Virus record (IMG/VR): IMGVR_UViG_2703718828_000004
Span: 1 to 39,994 of that record
Reading direction: 5' to 3' (one strand)
Origin: a virus
Lineage: Duplodnaviria > Heunggongvirae > Uroviricota > Caudoviricetes
DNA length: 39,994 nucleotides
Of the stretch, positions 36,637-39,994 are shown piece after piece (position 1 is the first letter of the stretch; the number at the start of each line of letters is the position of its first letter). Under the pieces are notes generated by a model that worked only from the letters and a program-made list of their open reading frames with translations, searched no databases and had not been told where the DNA came from. Position numbers and translations under genes: made by a program.

Positions 36637-37238
36637 TGGATAACGCTGTATTAAATAGCGAGCTTATTGCCACGAAGGCGGGGAATATTACCGTCTATAG
36701 CTATGATGGTGAAACTCGGGAATATATTTCCACTTCAAATGAATATCTTGCCGTTGGTGTCGGCATTCCGGCATGTTCCTGTTTAGATGCCCCTGGCACA
36801 TATAAGGCTGGTTATGCAATCTGCCGTTCTGCAGATTTTAACTCATGGGAATATGTGCCAGACCATCGCGGTGAAACGGTCTATAGCACCGAAACAGGAG
36901 AATCAAAAGAAATCACCTCTCCGGGTGATTACCCTGAAAATACAACCACTATCGCCCCATTAACGCCATATGATAAATGGGATGGTGAGAAATGGGTGAC
37001 AGATACTGAGGCACAGCATAGCGCCGCAGTAGACGCGGCAGAAGCACAGCGCCAGTCACTGATTGATACTGCAATGGCCTCCATCAGTCTGATTCAACTG
37101 AAATTACAGGCCGGACGGAAGCTGACGCAGGCAGAAACAACCAGACTTAACGCTGTGCTGGATTACATTGACGCGGTGACGGCAACAGATACCAGCACCG
37201 CGCCGGATGTCATCTGGCCTGAACTGCCGGAGGCGTAG
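36636..37238 (+). CDS. Tail fibre assembly protein (Tfa, 200 aa)
   Basis: Follows the fibre gene; Tfa-like C terminus TSTAPDVIWPELPEA. Confidence 0.7.
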   Translation: MDNAVLNSELIATKAGNITVYSYDGETREYISTSNEYLAVGVGIPACSCLDAPGTYKAGYAICRSADFNSWEYVPDHRGETVYSTETGESKEITSPGDYPENTTTIAPLTPYDKWDGEKWVTDTEAQHSAAVDAAEAQRQSLIDTAMASISLIQLKLQAGRKLTQAETTRLNAVLDYIDAVTATDTSTAPDVIWPELPEA

Positions 37239-37317
37239 GCCATTCAATATCTGGCGCACCGGAAGTATCGACCAGTTCCAGTGCGTCCAGATAATCCAGC
37301 CACGAATTATATTGCAT
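37210..37317 (-). pseudogene. 3' fragment of a second, inverted tail fibre assembly gene (tfa-prime remnant)
   Basis: Reverse strand encodes ...MQYNSWLDYLDALELVDTSGAPDIEWPTPPAVQAR, a Tfa C terminus, preceded by an in-frame stop; convergent with the intact tfa. Confidence 0.5.
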
Positions 37318-37319
37318 CA

Positions 37320-37403
37320 GGAGTTCTTCGCCAGAAGGTGGCGATCATCTATGATGTTGGCGTATCGACTCTGTATAAGAAGTTTCCGGTCGGAGATAAA
37401 TGA
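37320..37403 (+). pseudogene. 3' fragment of a Pin/Gin/Cin-type DNA invertase (C-terminal HTH only)
   Basis: Frame encodes ...SGVLRQKVAIIYDVGVSTLYKKFPVGDK, matching invertase C termini (Gin ...QVALIYDVALSTLYKKHPA); in-frame stop upstream at 37236-37238. Confidence 0.55.
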
Positions 37404-37592
37404 AACCGCAGCACGTCGTATGCAAGCACGAGCCACGGCTGGCTGTCTAACTTTCGATAGTGCGAGTATTGAATGATTTCCAGCCGCTACCGATTTTACT
37501 ATGTTTTCAGTAGAACACTTAGACAAAACTGAGGCGCACAAAGCTTTGCACTGGATTGCAAGACTTTGTGCTATTCGATAGTTTAAGGTCGC

Positions 37593-38750
37593 TCACTCTA
37601 CCTTTTCATCAAGCCAGTCCGCCCACCACTGCATCATCTCCCTGCGCTTATCGAGATACTGCGCATGGTTGTAAATACCGCGCACAGATCCGCCGTTGGC
37701 ATGTGCCAGTTGCACTTCAATAGCATCAGCAGGCCATTCGTGCTCGTTCATAATCGTGCTGAATTCATGCCTGAATCCGTGACCGCTTTCCAGACCCTCA
37801 TAGCCGATTCGTTTGATCACAAGTAATACCGCGTTCTCGCAGATTGGCTTCTTCTTATCGTTACGCCCGGCAAAAACAAACTCTGATACTGGTTTGGTGA
37901 TGGAGCTTAACGTAGTGAGAAGTTCAACCACCTGGTCCGACATCGGGACCACATGAATCTTGCGTCCCTTCATCACACTGGCGTCGATAGTGATAATCCT
38001 GTTTTCAAAATCGACGTTATTCCATAGCATAGAACGAAGCTCTTTCGTTCTTAGGGCTGTGTAGCGTAAAACTTTGGTCGCAATGAGCGATACGATACTA
38101 CCTGAAAATGTTGCCAGTGCTTTATTGAATGCCGGGATCTGGTCTGCAGGAAGAAACGGGAAGTTCTTCTTGCGGTATCCCTTCATGGCGTCAGCAAGGT
38201 CAGGTGCCGGGTTATATTTAGCCCTGCCGGTGACAATAGCGTAACGGAAAACCTCGCCGCATCTTCTGCGTGCTTTGTTGGCTCGCTCCATTGCACCGCG
38301 ATCTTCAAATCTGCGGATTACTTCCAGCAGTTGCATCGGCTCAATATCCTGAATCTCAAGACCGCCGATGATGGGTAAAATGTCGTCATCAAACATTTTT
38401 GCAAGTTCATTTGCATAGCCTACTGACCAGACTTGCTTCTTGTGCTCGTACCATTCCTTGTAAATCGCACTAAAGGAATTGTTGTTAGACGAAGCCTTTT
38501 TCGCCTTTACCGGATCGATGCCGACCGAGATGTCTTTCCTCGCAGTCCATGCTTTATCCCTTGCCTCCTGCAAAGTCATTAGCGGATATTTCCCGACAGT
38601 CAGGATTTTCTCCTTACCGTCAATCTTGTAGCGAAGCTGCCAGACCTTTTTTCCGGATACAGGGACATAAAGGTACAGGCCATTACCATCGAGAAGGCGG
38701 TATGGTTTTTCTTTCGGCTTTGCTGCTTCAATCTGCTTAACGGTGAGCAT
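37593..38750 (-). CDS. intS: Tyrosine integrase, P4-type (IntS-like)
   Basis: N-terminal MLTVKQIEAAKPKEKPYRLLDGNGLYLYV typical of P4-family integrases; C-terminal catalytic region with HxxR and Tyr; adjacent to the tRNA 3' end. Confidence 0.85.
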   Translation of the reverse strand: MLTVKQIEAAKPKEKPYRLLDGNGLYLYVPVSGKKVWQLRYKIDGKEKILTVGKYPLMTLQEARDKAWTARKDISVGIDPVKAKKASSNNNSFSAIYKEWYEHKKQVWSVGYANELAKMFDDDILPIIGGLEIQDIEPMQLLEVIRRFEDRGAMERANKARRRCGEVFRYAIVTGRAKYNPAPDLADAMKGYRKKNFPFLPADQIPAFNKALATFSGSIVSLIATKVLRYTALRTKELRSMLWNNVDFENRIITIDASVMKGRKIHVVPMSDQVVELLTTLSSITKPVSEFVFAGRNDKKKPICENAVLLVIKRIGYEGLESGHGFRHEFSTIMNEHEWPADAIEVQLAHANGGSVRGIYNHAQYLDKRREMMQWWADWLDEKVE

Positions 38751-38911
38751 GGGTAAAAATCCGGTGGGTAAAATTATTTTATCCACTTTTTACCCGTCAT
38801 GGAGTGCGGCTGTCAACGATCTGACGCGAACCATTACGAACTGTGAATCTACGGAAGGCTTGATATTCAGGGGATTTTGCGGACTGGTACGGATGGGAGC
38901 GAACTGATAAA

Positions 38912-38986
38912 TGGTGTCCCCTGCAGGAATCGAACCTGCAATTAGCCCTTAGGAGGGGCTCGTTATATCCATTTAACTAAGAGGAC
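38912..38986 (-). tRNA. argW: tRNA-Arg (anticodon CCU)
   Basis: Reverse complement gives a 75-nt tRNA: acceptor stem GTCCTCT/AGGGGAC, T-loop GGTTCGATTCC, anticodon loop CTCCTAA, 3' CCA encoded. Confidence 0.9.
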
Positions 38987-39061
38987 AATGCGGCATGAGT
39001 ATACCCGCTAATGGAGTGCGGGGTAAGTACGCTGCCGCTCGATTGCTTAAACCCTCGCCAT

Positions 39062-39994
39062 TTATGCCGGGTTTTTATAATTTTTCTTAATGTTTTCCGC
39101 ACGTTCTGCTTTTTGGCGTGCTTCTGCTTTACGCTTATTGCTCATGTCGTTACGAATCTGTGCATGACTCATTAACGCGAAGATAAAGGTGCCGCCGCAG
39201 ATGTTCCCCGCTAAAGTAGGTAGTGCGAAGGGCCAGATGAAATCGCTCCAGTGCAGCGTACCGTTAAACACCAGATAGAGGATTTCAACAGAACCGACCA
39301 CGATATGGGTGGTGTCACCCAGGGCAATAAGCCAGGTCATCAATATAATCACCACAATCTTTGCCGCACCCGCTGCAGGAAACATCCAAACCATAGTGGC
39401 GATCAGCCAGCCGGAAATGATCGCGTTGGCAAACATCTCGCTGGGGGTGTTCTTCATCACATCCATGCCGATTTTGACAAATGCATCGCGAGTTTCTTCA
39501 TTGAAGATAGGCATATATTCAAATGCCCACGCCGCAATACCTGTCCCGAGAATATTACCCAGCAGCACGACGCCCCATAACCGTATAAGTAAGCCGACGT
39601 TGCTCATTGTCGGTTTTTGCATGACGGGTAGTACCGCAGTCACGGTATTTTCGGTAAATAATTGCTGGCGGGCCATAATGACGATAATAAAACCAAAGGT
39701 ATAACCGAGATTCTCCAGCAAGAAGCTGCCCGGCACACCTTCCAGTTCGACATGAAATATCCCTTTTGCCAGTAACGAAGCGCCCATCGACAGACCCGCC
39801 GCAATGGCTGACCACAGTAGCGCCATTGCGTCGCGTTCCAGCTCTTTTTCACCATCCTGGCGGATATGCTCATGAATTGCCATCGCCCGGGAGGGGAGTC
39901 GGTCTTCATCTATTTCTATTTTTTTGCCGCGCTCTTTTTCTTCGCTCTCAACTTCAATTTCGTCGCTGTGTTGATCAATTTTGTCGTTGTCCAT
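39062..39994 (-). CDS. yfdC: Formate/nitrite transporter family inner-membrane protein (YfdC-like, 310 aa); host gene
   Basis: Polytopic membrane protein with an acidic N-terminal extension; recalled as YfdC, the neighbour of argW in E. coli. Confidence 0.7.
   Translation of the reverse strand: MDNDKIDQHSDEIEVESEEKERGKKIEIDEDRLPSRAMAIHEHIRQDGEKELERDAMALLWSAIAAGLSMGASLLAKGIFHVELEGVPGSFLLENLGYTFGFIIVIMARQQLFTENTVTAVLPVMQKPTMSNVGLLIRLWGVVLLGNILGTGIAAWAFEYMPIFNEETRDAFVKIGMDVMKNTPSEMFANAIISGWLIATMVWMFPAAGAAKIVVIILMTWLIALGDTTHIVVGSVEILYLVFNGTLHWSDFIWPFALPTLAGNICGGTFIFALMSHAQIRNDMSNKRKAEARQKAERAENIKKNYKNPA

Noticed and set aside
37207-37541. Track ORFs 37207-37476 (+) and 37317-37541 (-) as real genes
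   Set aside because: They are in frames different from the recognisable Tfa and invertase fragments and have implausible Arg/Cys-rich translations. They are interpreted as noise over a decayed region.
37404-37592. Glucosyltransferase (gtr) serotype-conversion genes next to the integrase, as in K-12 CPS-53
   Set aside because: Only about 190 bp of non-coding DNA separates the invertase fragment from the integrase stop, so there is no room for gtr genes.

Overview
The window is almost entirely one lambdoid prophage (about 0.3-38.9 kb) sitting next to tRNA-Arg(CCU) argW and the host gene yfdC at the right edge. All gene identifications come from reading the translated ORFs and motifs by eye and from recall; no database search was run. 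Layout, left to right on the + strand: a TorI-like excisionase (1-201), a leftward early operon on the - strand (DUF551 protein, Ead/Ea22-like protein, SSB, Rad52-like annealing protein, Kil-like, cIII-like, an AT-rich unknown, and N with a lambda-type nutL), an immunity region (OL, a small membrane protein, an S24-family CI repressor, OR, cro, nutR, cII), replication genes (an O-like initiator with internal iterons plus a phage DnaB-type helicase), a nin-like block (ninB, N6-adenine methyltransferase, ninE, ninF, Rha/KilAC antirepressor, YbcO-like, RusA, ninH), Q with pR'/tR', an HNH-AP2 endonuclease, the lambda-type lysis cassette S-R-Rz/Rz1, a second Rha-domain gene, an HK97-type packaging and head module, and a Mu-like contractile tail module ending in a tail fibre and its assembly protein. 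Downstream are fragments of a second tail-fibre assembly gene and of a DNA invertase, then a P4-type tyrosine integrase. The most interesting candidates for undescribed function are four AT-rich cargo genes at classic moron positions: a reverse-strand membrane protein with its own promoter inside the tail operon (30350-30787), a small membrane protein directly downstream of cI (6316-6612), an unknown 156-aa protein directly after N (5033-5503), and the HNH-AP2 gene with a structured 490-bp non-coding gap between Q and S. Other notable points are an SSB whose conserved DDDIPF tip is followed by a 15-residue extension, a 16-bp copy of the argW T-arm beside torI, and a -1 frameshift site in the tail chaperone gene.
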